Origin: Ginglymostoma cirratum
Taxonomy: Eukaryota
Reading direction: 5' to 3'
DNA: 64,000 bases
Assembly (NCBI GenBank): GCA_024137785.1
Contig: JAHRHZ010000289.1
Coordinates: 29,059,511 to 29,123,510 of the forward strand
Position numbers and translations under genes: made by a program. How positions within the stretch are numbered: the first letter of the stretch is position 1; each line of letters opens with the position of its first letter. This document shows positions 63,134 through 64,000 of the stretch, one piece after another. The notes under the pieces were generated by a model. That model was not told the origin of the DNA, searched no databases, and saw nothing but the letters and a program-made list of their open reading frames with translations.

Positions 63134-63324
63134 AATCATTACAGATTAGATTAAAAGTAACTTATGAGTTTGGATAAACAGAAAGCAGAGAGACAAGATA
63201 AATGGGCCTTTTTCTAGTTGACAAGACTCGGAGGGCGCCACAGGGTTTGGTTGTTGGATGCAAACTATTTACATTCCATTTTAACTTGAAAGGTAATGGA
63301 CTCACCGGTTAAACATCACAAGCC

Positions 63325-64000
63325 ATGGATGACACGTCTATCATCGTTAAACGCACCAAGTTAGAAGAGATACACCAACTCATCAAGACTGCTTTTCTTT
63401 GGGATCAAATTTATGAGAGAAGAGGAAGACAACAATCAACTTCCATTTCTAGATGCCAGGGTAGAACAAATGACCAACGGGGCATTCCAAACCACAGTAT
63501 ATAGGAAGGCAACTGACATTGACATTGACATTGACTGAACCCACAATTTCCACAGCAATCACCCCAACGTCCACAAACAAAGCTGTATTAGGACACTATT
63601 CAAATGGGCCACAACTCACTGCAACTTGCCAGAACTACATAGGAAGGAGGAATAGCACCTGTACAAGGTCTTTGCTAACAACGGATATCCCAATAACTTC
63701 ATCTGCAGGTGCCTACTGGATAGATGATGTCAAGAGGACACAGTATGCCCCAATAAACTGGCCACACTACCCTATATCGAGAATACATCAGAAATGACAA
63801 CAAGACTCCTACGACCACTAGGAATCAGGGTAGCACACAATCCCACAGCCATAGTACGACAAACACTCACAAGGACCAAAGACCCCATACCCATGACATA
63901 GAGGACCAGTGTAGTTTACAAAAACCTTGCAATGACTGCAACAAACATTACATTGGCCAGACCAGAAGGAAACAAGCCATCAGGATACATGAATACCAGC
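63325..64000 (+). pseudogene. Third PLE family: RT C-terminal part and GIY-YIG start, frameshifted, runs off the window
   Basis: MDDTSII (YVDDT-like), GIKFMREEEDNNQLPFLD, FQTTVYRKAT, then VVYK..CNDCNKHYIGQT. Confidence 0.88.

Noticed and set aside
1-64000. CRISPR array, operon or other prokaryotic system
   Set aside because: Vertebrate repeat landscape; repeats are dispersed retroelements, not regularly spaced arrays

Overview
Eukaryotic, AT-rich non-coding DNA, almost certainly from a cartilaginous fish (shark), judged from the repeat families (HE1-like V-SINE, DeuSINE, CR1 LINEs, shark-type Penelope termini). I found no credible host protein-coding exon, so the window looks like a large intron or intergenic DNA. 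Most listed ORFs are chance ORFs or transposon relics. The window holds many CR1, L2 and Rex1 LINE fragments, three SINE families, a decayed Gypsy pol, a Harbinger transposase relic, and at least three Penelope-like element (PLE) families. Most notable: (i) a young PLE terminal unit carrying a minimal hammerhead ribozyme (CUGAUGA...GAAACGUC) that recurs as short solo and fold-back insertions with target-site duplications (TSDs), two of them enclosing the assembly gaps; (ii) a U6 snRNA 3' fragment abutting the head of a tRNA-derived SINE; (iii) a local inverted duplication that ends exactly at a PLE ribozyme terminus and preserves the empty site of a later insertion. Boundaries of old repeats are approximate, and family names come from recall of motifs rather than a database search.
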